From the NCBI GenBank assembly GCA_045588715.1, contig JAZNEQ010000023.1:1-48669 (forward strand): a DNA stretch of 48,669 nucleotides, read 5' to 3'. This DNA is from Eubacteriales bacterium (GTDB lineage: Bacteria; Bacillota; Clostridia; Oscillospirales; CAG-272). The notes beneath the pieces were generated by a model. It was not told the DNA's origin and searched no databases. It saw nothing but the letters and a program-made list of their open reading frames with translations. The position numbers were made by a program, and so were the translations under genes. Shown piece by piece: positions 28,667-38,550 of this stretch. The stretch's first letter is position 1. Each line of letters begins with the position of its first letter.

Positions 28667-30522
28667 GGGGCTAGCTCAAATACAGTAAAATGTTTTTGGG
28701 CTAGTTTCTTTTTTTATTTTTTTGTCATCGGAAACAAAAACAAAAGAAAAAAGCCTCTAAACGAGGCAAAAATGAGCACGACGAAAAGAGGATCGATTAA
28801 ATCCTCAATTTTGAGAGTTATACAATTCCGTAGAGAATTGGTTTAAGAGGCGTTCAGAGCGAACAAATCCAAGCCAATTCTTCCTTTTTTCGTGCGGTTG
28901 CATAGTTTTTCAATATTTAAAGCGAAAGCCAGAAGGAAAAATTGTGTTTCTATGTTCTTCTTTCCTCTCGTCAAAAAACGTCTGAATCCATAGTCTTCTT
29001 TAAGTACACCAAACACACCTTCTACCTGAATAGATCTGTTCATACGCAGAAGTGTTCCTTCTTCACTCGTCAGAGCTTCAAGTGTTTTTGGTCTGTGTTC
29101 AAGGATTACTTGGTTTACCTTAACCGTTCTGTAACCGGTTTTAGATTTATGGCATTTATCTCTGTGTGGACATCTTCCGCATTTGTCATTGCTGTAATAT
29201 TTTGTAGAGATAGTATATCCGTTCTCGGTAGTCTTTTTACTTTCTCTCCTAAATTTTAACTTTCTTCCGTTAGGACAAGTATACTCATCTCTTTTAGCAT
29301 TGTAATCCATATTTTCTACAGTATACGGATTTGCCTTGTAGCTACGTTTCTTGCTTATCTCGTAATTCTGCGGTTTAATGAAACAGTTTTGTCCGTTCTC
29401 TTCAAGATAAAGATAATTCTCGCTGCTCTCGTATCCCGCATCTGCTATTATGTTCTCGAATTTTCTGTTAGTGTGTTTTCTTATTCTGTTAAGAAAAGGT
29501 ATTAGAGTTCCTACGTCACTTCTGTTAGAGAAGGAACCTACACCTACAATATATTCGCTTTCTACACCTATTTGTATATTGTATCCCGGTTTAAGCTGAC
29601 CGTTACGCATATAATCTTCCTTCATATGCATAAAGGTTGCGTCGGTATCTGTTTTAGAAAAGCTTCTTCTATTACCGAATTTGCCGAGATGTGAGCAATA
29701 TTCGCCCTTCTTGTCTATGTATTCTCGGAGCTTTTCAATATCTCTTTGAAGCTGTATTTTATGCTTTCCTTTTCCAACCGCAAATACAAGATTGAGCCAC
29801 TGAGCCTGTAAGCAAAGTTGCTCATAGCATTCTTCAAGGGATATGTTTTCGCTAAAACCGTACCTTTCCGAAAGTACAGAAAGCAGAACAGATATTTTCT
29901 TTTCAAGCTTTGCAAGATTCTTTTCAACCGCACTTTTCCACACAAACGTATACTTGTTTGCATATGCTTCTATCTTTGTACCGTCTACGAAAAGATTCTT
30001 GTATTTTACCTCTCCCATTTCGTAAAGTTTATTTACAAACTGGTAGAAAAGTCCTTCTATGGCTTCGGATAATTTTTCGCCTTGAAATCTCTTTATTGTT
30101 GCTACACTTGGAGTAGGTTCGCCTTCAAGTAACCACATAAATCTTATATCTGTACGACAAGCCTTTTCGATTGCATATGATGAGAATTTCCGTTCCATAT
30201 ATCCAAACACCAACAGTTCAAACATAGTTATTGGATTTACTTTTCTCCAGCTGCGAAGATACGTATTGAACAGTTCTGTATAATCCAAACTTTCGCAAAT
30301 TTCTGCTACTTTGAATACAAAATCTCCCTCGGGAATACAAATTCCTAAATCTAATGGTAAAACTACTTGATTTTTCTCTATCATTGTTGTATAATTATCT
30401 CGCTTTCTTGTGGGTTATTTTGTGGTGATTTAATTATACAACAAAGCAAGCGGATGCTCAATACCTTTCGGTAAAGAACATCCGCTTTTTCTTTTTTTAG
30501 GTTAGCTTAATGAGCTAGCCCC
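28667..30522 (-). mobile_element. IS1182-family insertion sequence
   Basis: Terminal IRs GGGGCTAGCTCA (28667-28678) / TGAGCTAGCCCC (30511-30522), extendable by AAA/TTT; markedly AT-rich; one transposase; no clear TSD. Confidence 0.9.
28843..30384 (-). CDS. IS1182-family DDE transposase
   Basis: 'FVDGTKIEAYANKYTFVW', 'SKTDTDATFMHMKED', 'GYNIQ', 'ADAGYES', 'RSIQVEGVFG'. Confidence 0.95.
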   Translation of the reverse strand: MIEKNQVVLPLDLGICIPEGDFVFKVAEICESLDYTELFNTYLRSWRKVNPITMFELLVFGYMERKFSSYAIEKACRTDIRFMWLLEGEPTPSVATIKRFQGEKLSEAIEGLFYQFVNKLYEMGEVKYKNLFVDGTKIEAYANKYTFVWKSAVEKNLAKLEKKISVLLSVLSERYGFSENISLEECYEQLCLQAQWLNLVFAVGKGKHKIQLQRDIEKLREYIDKKGEYCSHLGKFGNRRSFSKTDTDATFMHMKEDYMRNGQLKPGYNIQIGVESEYIVGVGSFSNRSDVGTLIPFLNRIRKHTNRKFENIIADAGYESSENYLYLEENGQNCFIKPQNYEISKKRSYKANPYTVENMDYNAKRDEYTCPNGRKLKFRRESKKTTENGYTISTKYYSNDKCGRCPHRDKCHKSKTGYRTVKVNQVILEHRPKTLEALTSEEGTLLRMNRSIQVEGVFGVLKEDYGFRRFLTRGKKNIETQFFLLAFALNIEKLCNRTKKGRIGLDLFALNAS

Positions 30523-30549
30523 TTTTGATATATTACACGTCAAATTACA

Positions 30550-31659
30550 TTATATCCACATGAAAGTGCGGAATTTTTCGTTTTTAAACCAACGGCGCTC
30601 CGTCTTAAGCTTGCCCTCCTCGGTAAGTCGCCAAAGCACGTCGTAAACCAGCCTTGCATGCTGGAAAAGAGGATGATCACCGGGGAAAATATCGCGCATT
30701 TCTCTTGCTATCGCAAGTTCAAGGTCATCAAAATACAGAGGCTCGTCAGCTTTTCCCTGAAGCATGCCGACTATTCTGTTATATCCGTCCTCAAACACCT
30801 CGGGAGTAATCTCGCTTATCTCCTCGCCCTCCATCTTATCCTCTGTAGCAATTCTGATATTGTCCTTCGTGATTTCACACGGGTACATTATAGGCAGCTG
30901 CTGATATTCACCGGGCAATCCGTCCGGGAACGCGAATCTCGTCGTTGCGATATACATGCCGTCCTCGGTTTTAAGGGTTGCCGCAGGTCTTGTTGTGCGA
31001 AGCACGTAGATTCTGTCCGGAGTTGCAACGTTAATCATTTCAAGTACTCCGTCTTTGTATAAATAGGAATCAACCTTGGACATGGCAGCCGTCATGCTCA
31101 TTCCTTGATTATAGTAATAATGAACGGCATTCGTACGAATCTCTGCGCCGCTCGTATTAGCGCCGTTCTTGAGCACGGGCATATTGCGCTTTGTAGGAAC
31201 CCGCATCTCAGCCTCGTTTGCATTAACACTCACGTTCTGATAATCGGCAAGTCCGTTTTTCTCAAAAACCTCGCCGCGGAACTTGTATCCCGCATCGCAA
31301 AGCATTTCGGCAAGCGAACGACTTCTTGCCGCAACGTCGCCTATACTTATTCCCGTTCCGTTGGTTACGCCCGCCATGGTTTCATCGGGAGTGATAAACG
31401 GATGAGCCATAACGTATGAATCATTCTTTCCACCCGGTCTTGTATGAGCAATCCCGATTGTGCCGGGCAGATAGAGCGCATCGGTATGCTTTATAAGCGC
31501 GTCAACGTCACCTACTATCTTTCTGTAATAAAGTCTGCCTTCGTGAATAGTTGCAATTCCCGTGCACATTCCTCCGTCATAATCCTGCTGACGGCGAAGC
31601 ATCTCAAGAAGTATCGGCGCTGCGGCTCTTTTACCTACGTATCCTGCTATATTACACAT
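30550..31659 (-). CDS. Standalone class II glutamine amidotransferase-like (Ntn hydrolase) protein with unknown C-terminal domain, paralogue 2
   Basis: MCNIAGY N-terminal Cys, 'GIAHTR', 'HPF', 'TNG'; start at 31659 after GGAG. Confidence 0.72.
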   Translation of the reverse strand: MCNIAGYVGKRAAAPILLEMLRRQQDYDGGMCTGIATIHEGRLYYRKIVGDVDALIKHTDALYLPGTIGIAHTRPGGKNDSYVMAHPFITPDETMAGVTNGTGISIGDVAARSRSLAEMLCDAGYKFRGEVFEKNGLADYQNVSVNANEAEMRVPTKRNMPVLKNGANTSGAEIRTNAVHYYYNQGMSMTAAMSKVDSYLYKDGVLEMINVATPDRIYVLRTTRPAATLKTEDGMYIATTRFAFPDGLPGEYQQLPIMYPCEITKDNIRIATEDKMEGEEISEITPEVFEDGYNRIVGMLQGKADEPLYFDDLELAIAREMRDIFPGDHPLFQHARLVYDVLWRLTEEGKLKTERRWFKNEKFRTFMWI

Positions 31660-31676
31660 GTTTTTTCTCCATGCTT

Positions 31677-32720
31677 TTAAATCCACATAAACGTGCGGAA
31701 CTTTTCGTTTTTAAACCAACGGCGCTCTGTTTTTAGTTTTCCTTCTTCCTTCAGGCGCCAGAGAACGTCATAAACCAGCCTTGCGTGCTGAATAAGTCTG
31801 TGGTCACCGGGAAAAAGGTCGCGCATCTCGCGTCCCACGGCAAGCTCAAGGTCGTCAAAATGGAGGGGCTCGTTGCCCTTGCCGCGAAGCATGTCGCAGA
31901 TTCTCTTATATCCCTCTTCAAGACTGTATTCGGTAAGCTCGCTGACCTCCTCGCATCCAGTCATTTTTTCGTCGGTGACTATAATTTCGTCATTAGTAAT
32001 TTCGCACGAGTGCATTAACGGGAGCTGAGTGACCTCGCCTTTAATTCCGTCAGGAAATGCAAATCTCGTGGACGCGACGTATATTCCGTCATCGGTCTTT
32101 AACGTTGTGGCGGGGCGTGTTGTGCGAAGTATGTAAAATCTGTCCGGTGTTGCAACGTTGACTGCGCCGAATACGCTGTCGGTATAGCATTCGACAGACA
32201 TTTTTGCTATTGCCGCAGACATACTCATTCCGTGATTATAGTAGTAGTGAACAAGATTTGTGCGCGTTTCAACGCAGCTTATATGGCTTCCGTTTTTTAG
32301 GACTGGAAATTTAGTTTCCATCGAAGCAAAAGCTTCGCCGCGGAATTTATAGCCCTCGGATTCAAGGAAATCCGTCGCTCTCTGAATGTCTACGTGATAC
32401 TCAGGAAACGGTGCCGTTCCGTTTGTAAAGCCCGCAATGGTTTCATCCTGCGTCACAAAGGTGTGAGCAAATGCATAGGTCTGATTGCTTCCACCAGGTC
32501 TTGTATGCGCTATACCTACAGTTCCCGGAAGATAAAGCGCATCGGTGTGCTTAATAAGCGCATCTACGTCACCTACTATCTTTCGGCTGTAAAGCCTTCC
32601 CTCATAAATCGTTGTAATTCCCGTGCATACACCGCCGTCAAAATCCTGCTGACGTCTTAGCATCTCAAGAAGTATCGGCGCTGCAGCTCTTTTACCTGCA
32701 TATCCTGCAATATTACACAT
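31677..32720 (-). CDS. Standalone class II glutamine amidotransferase-like (Ntn hydrolase) protein, paralogue 1
   Basis: MCNIAGY, 'GIAHTR', 'TNG'; near-identical termini to 30550..31659. Confidence 0.72.
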   Translation of the reverse strand: MCNIAGYAGKRAAAPILLEMLRRQQDFDGGVCTGITTIYEGRLYSRKIVGDVDALIKHTDALYLPGTVGIAHTRPGGSNQTYAFAHTFVTQDETIAGFTNGTAPFPEYHVDIQRATDFLESEGYKFRGEAFASMETKFPVLKNGSHISCVETRTNLVHYYYNHGMSMSAAIAKMSVECYTDSVFGAVNVATPDRFYILRTTRPATTLKTDDGIYVASTRFAFPDGIKGEVTQLPLMHSCEITNDEIIVTDEKMTGCEEVSELTEYSLEEGYKRICDMLRGKGNEPLHFDDLELAVGREMRDLFPGDHRLIQHARLVYDVLWRLKEEGKLKTERRWFKNEKFRTFMWI

Positions 32721-32838
32721 TTCTACTCTCCTTATTCAAAAATTATAGGCAGGAGTTTTTCCTCCCTATATAATACTATAACGTTAGGTTTTTGTAAAGA
32801 GATTTAATCAAAATTGTTTTAAATTTTCATGCTTTATA

Positions 32839-34379
32839 TTAAAACAAAAGCTTTCCTTCAATTTTTGTAAGCTCTTTTCCCTGAAATATCTCAAATGCGT
32901 TTTTTTCATAGTCAAGAGGTGTCAATTCTCTTACTCTCTCGATATTATTAGTATTTTTGGGACTCACCTCATAAAGCCATACCGTGCCGGGATATACGAA
33001 GTTAGTCATAAGAGTGTCGAGAAGATCATTCCAATCTATCTTTCCCTCTCCGGGAAGAAGATGCCTTTCATTTACGAAATCGTAGTCGGAAATATGTAAG
33101 GCTACTATCTTGCTTCCGACAGCTTTAGTGAAGTCTTTATAGCTTTCGGAAAGAAGGTGGTTTGTGTCGTAACAAACGCGAAGAAGCGGGTGTGCTGATA
33201 TGAGTTCAAGAATTTCCGCAGAATCTCTGCCAAGGCAGGTACGTGGCAAATTTTCAACTGCAATAATCGCTCCACACTCAGCCGCTATTTCAGCAAGTCT
33301 GGCAAGGCTCTTCTTAGCGCATTCCATTCTCTCTGCTCTCTCGGAATCAGCAATCGGCTCTCCGCTTGCGTGAACTACAAATTTCGCTGATTTATACATA
33401 TTCTCTGCCATTGCGCGGCGTATAATATCCGCCATCATCTCAACCGATGCGTCTGCAAGCTCGGGCTTAGAAATATCTATTTTGTCAAATGGGCTGAATG
33501 GGAGATGTATCGAATCTACGGTAACTCCGTAATCGTGTGAAAGTCTTGCGAGCTTTTTGAAATCCATCTGTGCCATGTGGCATTCCGGCAGCGAAAGCTC
33601 CGTATAATAGATAAATCCCTTTCTGTATGAATCGAAAAGCTCATCGTTTATGTCCTCAAGATTGTTACCGCACGTGGACATTCCTCGGTTGTAACCCGTT
33701 TTCTTGTTAGAGGTCTGGAAAACCGTATACTGATATCCGTTGGGGTTATCCTGAACGATATTGTTAACGTATATATCCCTTACGTCAGCGCGCAGCTCCA
33801 AGGCAAACTTTGCATTTCTTGAATGAACCCCGTTAATGTATATATTGTTAATATCTCCTGCTGTATATCCGTCACCGTAACCCGTGTAAAGACAAAGCAC
33901 AGACCATTTTGCGCCCTGCTCGCTTTCCTCGATATTTTCTATATTTACGTTATAGACCTTATCGCCGTTTGCCGCAAGACATATCATAACGTGATGCAAA
34001 CCGCCGACTTTTACGTTTTTAACCTCTATATCGTGAATGTCATGTGAATAACCGTCAACGCATCCTGCAGCCATCGTCATCGGATATACTGACTTTGCAT
34101 TCGGATACGTATATCTGATGCCTTTTGATAATGCCGTACATGCAACGCCGTCATCCGTAACGTAGCCCGTAAGATTTTCAACCTTACAGTGATGGCAGCC
34201 CGATCTGAAATCAATTCCGTCGCCGTTCTTGCAGAAAGAATAGATTGCAATATCGTGAATATATACGTTAGAGGACCACTCAAACGTTATTGCCCAACAC
34301 ATAGTTTTGGAAAGCTCAATACCCGATATTTCAAAATTATCAGCCTTGGCAAAGGCAATCATCATGGTGCGCCAGCCCC
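32839..34379 (-). pseudogene. 5'-truncated GH28/pectin-lyase-fold beta-helix fused to a sugar-phosphate epimerase TIM barrel
   Basis: 'NGDGIDF', 'TDDGVA' GH28-like motifs start mid-domain; C-half has 'VENLPR', 'CYDTNH', 'HISDY', 'ERHLLPGEG'; frame open, possible restart at ATG 34365. Confidence 0.6.
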
Positions 34380-34382
34380 TTT

Positions 34383-37300
34383 TTATTTTGTTTTGCGCTT
34401 TTTCTTTCGCCGCAAAATCGTAACCGTTGCTATTCCTCCACCGATGAGGGCAAGCCCTCCCAAAACGCAAGGAAGCACCAGCTCCACCAAAAGGTTATTG
34501 TTGTTTCCGGTATCGTAATTCACATCCCGTATGGCGCGGATAAACTGTGCCTCAAAGACAAGCTCGTGCTCATCCCCTGTCAAAATAACAGGTACGTTTT
34601 TCCCCCAGGAAACGAAATTATAAACGTACCTGTCATCCCCTTCCTTGTGGGGATTTGGCGGAATTTCAAGCTTTTCACCATACCCGTAGGTCTTCTCGAG
34701 AAGTACCTTTCCTTCGGATTTAAAAACAACGTGATAAACAATGGGTTCCACCACAAAGGAAACGTCCACAGCACTCTCAGGCATTACAAAGCTATATCCA
34801 TCCAGCACGATCGTATTCCCGTCAGCATCCTTCACCTCGATCCCCGTGATCTCATATCCCGTATCACAGGTCACGTTTAAGGATACGGTACTTCCGATCA
34901 AGGCATCGGCATCAAGCGCCATTGTGTTGCAAAGTGGATTGTGCTGTACTCTGAGCGGATACGCGTACGCGAGGCGCACAGTCACCCCCGAAAAAGCAGG
35001 AATACTGCCTTGCTCGATCCGCGTTTCCTCCCCGGAGACGTCGCACAGGAAAAATGCAGTTCTTTTTCCGTCTTCAAATTCCCGGTGGGGTAAATGCAGA
35101 GCGGTAACCCCTTCTTCGAGCTGAATTTCCCGAAGGGCATTGTCATAAAAGCGTAGCTCGTAAAAATCCTCTCCATCACTTTCAAAGCTTTGAAGAACGA
35201 TCCGCGTACATCCCGCATCCCTTAAGGACGTAAGGTGTTTAAGGGAAACGGAAAGCTTGCATCCGTTCTCCCACAAAAGAGAAAGTCCCTTTTCAAGCTC
35301 TGCTGCATATCCCAAGGTATCCGCCACCCCTACAGAGGAGAATTCACCCGCGAGAACAGTCAGGGTGTGTTGGTCGGTCGTAATGGGCAAAGGCTCCGAT
35401 ACCCCTCCGATCGCATAAGGCTTTCTTTCATAAAGAGCGGTATAGGTAGCTTCCCCCTTGACCGCCTCAATTTCGGGAGAAAAACCAAGAAACGTGCATC
35501 TCTCGTTTGGTGAAACAATTGCCGTTTCTCCGCTAAAGGAAGGAATAGAGCCGTATTCCCACATCTCGGTGGTAACGTTCTCCCCTACCTCCCAATGGAT
35601 CGCAAACTTTTTTGTGATCCTTTGAAATTCACCAACGTAAGTAACGTCTCCCGTCACTCTTCCGATCTCTTGATTCCAACCCGAAAATTGATACGCATAT
35701 CCATAGGTATCGTATGACCTACAGGGTACGTCCGTCCCGGGCTTTGGAATGCTTCCATAAGACCAGCGCGCTGTGTGATCCGTCACAACGCCATCCCCGT
35801 CCTTGATCCTCCAGGTAACGGTGTAGATCTTTTGTGTCATTTCATAATGCGGATAAACGTCGATATCCGCCACGACAAGGGAAAGGTCCACCGTCTCGCC
35901 GTCAGCACCAACCCACCCAAGAGTACGGTAGGTGTAGGCAGGGGACAAAGCATGCTCGGGCACTTCTTTATAAACTCTTCCACCGTAATTGACACTGACG
36001 GTATCCAATACGGTTCCGTCGATGTCGTGGAAGATCACTGTTTTTTGATTGGTAATGGATACGTTACGCAAAAGCGTTTTCGAAAACGAAAGCTCCATAT
36101 CCTCAATAGGACCGTTGTATTTTTTTAGCGTTCCGTTTCGAACCTCCTCGGCAAGGCGCATGGACAAGGGCTCGGCATCGGGAAGCATGGGTGGACTTGC
36201 AGGATAGCTCTCCACCCTTTCGGGAATTCCCCCTTCATCGGGATCGGCAACGGCGGCAGGCGCCGTACCGGGATGCTCTACCGCCTCGGGAGCGATCGGC
36301 TTTCGATCGGGACGCGCTACGCTTGGCGCCTTGACAGGCGCGGGGCAAGCGGCTTCCTCCGCATACGCCGGCATGGGAGACACGCGGGGATCCCAGTCTC
36401 CGTCGGCAAGAATTTGAATAGGCTCCACGATCTCACCAAGTCGAAATCCCACGATCTTCCACTTTGAATCATCCCTTTGACCGCTCTCATCAAGACAGGT
36501 GGAAATAACGTATAATTGGCCTATCAGCTGCAAATAGTGCTCCCGCTTCCCCTCCATGTCAAGCACCTGCTCTACACTCGTGTTTTCAAGCAATGCACTC
36601 AGCGACATATACAGATTGGTAAAATGGAGCTTCAATTCCTCATAATGCTCTGAAAAATAAGCATATCGTTTGGCTGTTCCCTGATATCCGGACGTGGCAG
36701 CCGTCCAATACAAAGGATCGTAGCCGGTAATCAGCTCACGAAGCGCTACGGTCGAATCCCCGGCAAGATTCACGTCCTCCTCCGAACAGAGGAGCACGTC
36801 AACGAGCTCATCCTTTCGGTTTATCACCTCGGTGACCGTAGAGCCCATGATCGCACCGCGCAGACTCCATCGCCTGCTGTCCGATACGTAAATATAATCC
36901 ATCAAGGCAAGCTTTGCTTCGACGGTCGCCATCGAAGCAAGATAATTTTGATAAGCGGTGTATTTACTGTACTCCGCCTCATATTCCCTTACTTTTTCGT
37001 AATACTTCTGCCACTGCTCGTACGCGGCGTTTTTGACGATGTATTCACTCCGCGCCTCGCGGTATGCGTCATATGCCGCCAACTGCTCGTTGTAGGAGGC
37101 AAGCGCCTCACAGTAGGCGGTATAGGCGGCCTTGTTTGTTAAATACGTTTGCCAAGTGTTATATGCGTCGACCTTGCTTTGGTATGCCTCAAGCTCTTCC
37201 TCATAGCCTGCCATCGCATCGTAAGCAGCCTTTCCCACAAGATAAGCTTCGTTTCTCAACGTTGTCACGGTCTCCTTCGGTACCGTAACGCTCCAGCTGT

Positions 37301-37778
37301 AGTCCACCTCCATTTCGAAATCCTCGGAGCGAAACAAATTTCCAAAATGACCGGTATAATGATCCCCCTCCGGGGTAAGCTCAAGAACCTTTCCGTCAAC
37401 TCTTGCCGTTGTGGGAAGCCACGTTACGGTGGCCCCGTTGGTGGCTGTATATTGATAGGGACGCACCGTAATGGAAAGTACCCCTTCCTCTCCGTCATAG
37501 TCGGTCGAGACTGCGGAGGCGGGGATCGCACTGTTATAGCCAAACGTGATCCCCATTTGGTCCAAATACTCTGCCGTAGCATTGGTGGGATCCTTTTCAA
37601 AAAGATAGCGGTACAGATCCGCCCCCCTGTATTCCGTATTGTTTTCGCGGCCATAGAGTCCAAAATCCAAGGAGTTCTCCTCCTCTGCCGCCGCGGGCAG
37701 TGCCGCCCCCAACGGAATCGCGGCACATAGCAAGAGCGCCAGAAGCATGGCCACGCAATATATCATTCTACGTTTCAT
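34383..37778 (-). CDS. Large membrane-anchored surface protein (signal peptide, Tyr/Ala helix, Pro-rich linker, B-repeat-like domains, C-terminal TM + basic tail)
   Basis: N-terminal signal peptide; repeated 'Y(T/H)V.(W/F)...YG..P...F.GW' units; TM followed by RRKKKRKTK; promoter TTGACT-17-TATCAT at 37839-37811. Confidence 0.8.
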   Translation of the reverse strand: MKRRMIYCVAMLLALLLCAAIPLGAALPAAAEEENSLDFGLYGRENNTEYRGADLYRYLFEKDPTNATAEYLDQMGITFGYNSAIPASAVSTDYDGEEGVLSITVRPYQYTATNGATVTWLPTTARVDGKVLELTPEGDHYTGHFGNLFRSEDFEMEVDYSWSVTVPKETVTTLRNEAYLVGKAAYDAMAGYEEELEAYQSKVDAYNTWQTYLTNKAAYTAYCEALASYNEQLAAYDAYREARSEYIVKNAAYEQWQKYYEKVREYEAEYSKYTAYQNYLASMATVEAKLALMDYIYVSDSRRWSLRGAIMGSTVTEVINRKDELVDVLLCSEEDVNLAGDSTVALRELITGYDPLYWTAATSGYQGTAKRYAYFSEHYEELKLHFTNLYMSLSALLENTSVEQVLDMEGKREHYLQLIGQLYVISTCLDESGQRDDSKWKIVGFRLGEIVEPIQILADGDWDPRVSPMPAYAEEAACPAPVKAPSVARPDRKPIAPEAVEHPGTAPAAVADPDEGGIPERVESYPASPPMLPDAEPLSMRLAEEVRNGTLKKYNGPIEDMELSFSKTLLRNVSITNQKTVIFHDIDGTVLDTVSVNYGGRVYKEVPEHALSPAYTYRTLGWVGADGETVDLSLVVADIDVYPHYEMTQKIYTVTWRIKDGDGVVTDHTARWSYGSIPKPGTDVPCRSYDTYGYAYQFSGWNQEIGRVTGDVTYVGEFQRITKKFAIHWEVGENVTTEMWEYGSIPSFSGETAIVSPNERCTFLGFSPEIEAVKGEATYTALYERKPYAIGGVSEPLPITTDQHTLTVLAGEFSSVGVADTLGYAAELEKGLSLLWENGCKLSVSLKHLTSLRDAGCTRIVLQSFESDGEDFYELRFYDNALREIQLEEGVTALHLPHREFEDGKRTAFFLCDVSGEETRIEQGSIPAFSGVTVRLAYAYPLRVQHNPLCNTMALDADALIGSTVSLNVTCDTGYEITGIEVKDADGNTIVLDGYSFVMPESAVDVSFVVEPIVYHVVFKSEGKVLLEKTYGYGEKLEIPPNPHKEGDDRYVYNFVSWGKNVPVILTGDEHELVFEAQFIRAIRDVNYDTGNNNNLLVELVLPCVLGGLALIGGGIATVTILRRKKKRKTK

Positions 37779-37880
37779 AGCATCATTCCTTTATATAAAG
37801 ATACACAGTAATGATACCATAATAAGGTGTGAAAGTCAAGTAAACAATTTAGAATAGTGAGAAACGTAAAGAATTCTCAC

Positions 37881-38489
37881 TCAACGATAAGAGGAAAAGA
37901 CCTCCAAAAGCTTAAACCGAACGCGGTATACGGGATGATCGGTCTCGGTAATGACCTGATATTGCGACGGGGTAAGTCCCACCGAAATAAAGGCATCCTC
38001 CGCTCGCTCCCCCGAAACCGATGCCGCGCCGAGACACAAGGGGGGGAAAAGACAGCACCACCAGTTTTTTCCCTCCCCGTCACCGATACGAATCTGCAAG
38101 GAAACATATTCACCCGCGGGAAAGCAAAAGCTGTCATAGTTTTTTTCGGGATAGTACTCTTCGCTCAAAAGGACCGTTACGCTGTCATCCTTTCCCGCTT
38201 TTTGCAGAACAGAACGCGCCGCTTCTTCAATTTGCTGCGTTTGACGTGAAAGAAGAGAAATGGCTTCCTTGCGGTCAGTGCAATTTGAAAGGATCGGATT
38301 GGTCAACTTAAGCACCTCGTCACGCACTGCCAATTTGATTGCCTGATCCTCCTCGCTGTCCGAATTTGCAATCACGTGTAACCGCACCGTGGTTTGGTAT
38401 ATTTTCTCCTCACCGTGAACGGGCATGATCGCGATCAGAAAAAGCAACAGCGTAAACGAAAGGGTGAGCGTAAATATTTTTTTACACAT
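37881..38489 (-). CDS. spoIIR: Stage II sporulation protein R
   Basis: 'RLHVIANSDSEEDQAIKLAVRD', 'FPAGEY', 'GKNWWCCLFPPLC'; start after AAAGGAGG. Confidence 0.95.
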   Translation of the reverse strand: MCKKIFTLTLSFTLLLFLIAIMPVHGEEKIYQTTVRLHVIANSDSEEDQAIKLAVRDEVLKLTNPILSNCTDRKEAISLLSRQTQQIEEAARSVLQKAGKDDSVTVLLSEEYYPEKNYDSFCFPAGEYVSLQIRIGDGEGKNWWCCLFPPLCLGAASVSGERAEDAFISVGLTPSQYQVITETDHPVYRVRFKLLEVFSSYR

Positions 38490-38550
38490 AAAAAGATCCT
38501 CCTTTTTGGAAAGCATTACGTTATCTTTTTCCAAAAAGGAGGCATTTTAT

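Noticed and set aside
30553-32720. Near-identical DNA blocks as a CRISPR array or DGR template/variable repeat
   Set aside because: They are explained by tandem gene duplication; there are no spacers, cas genes or reverse transcriptase.
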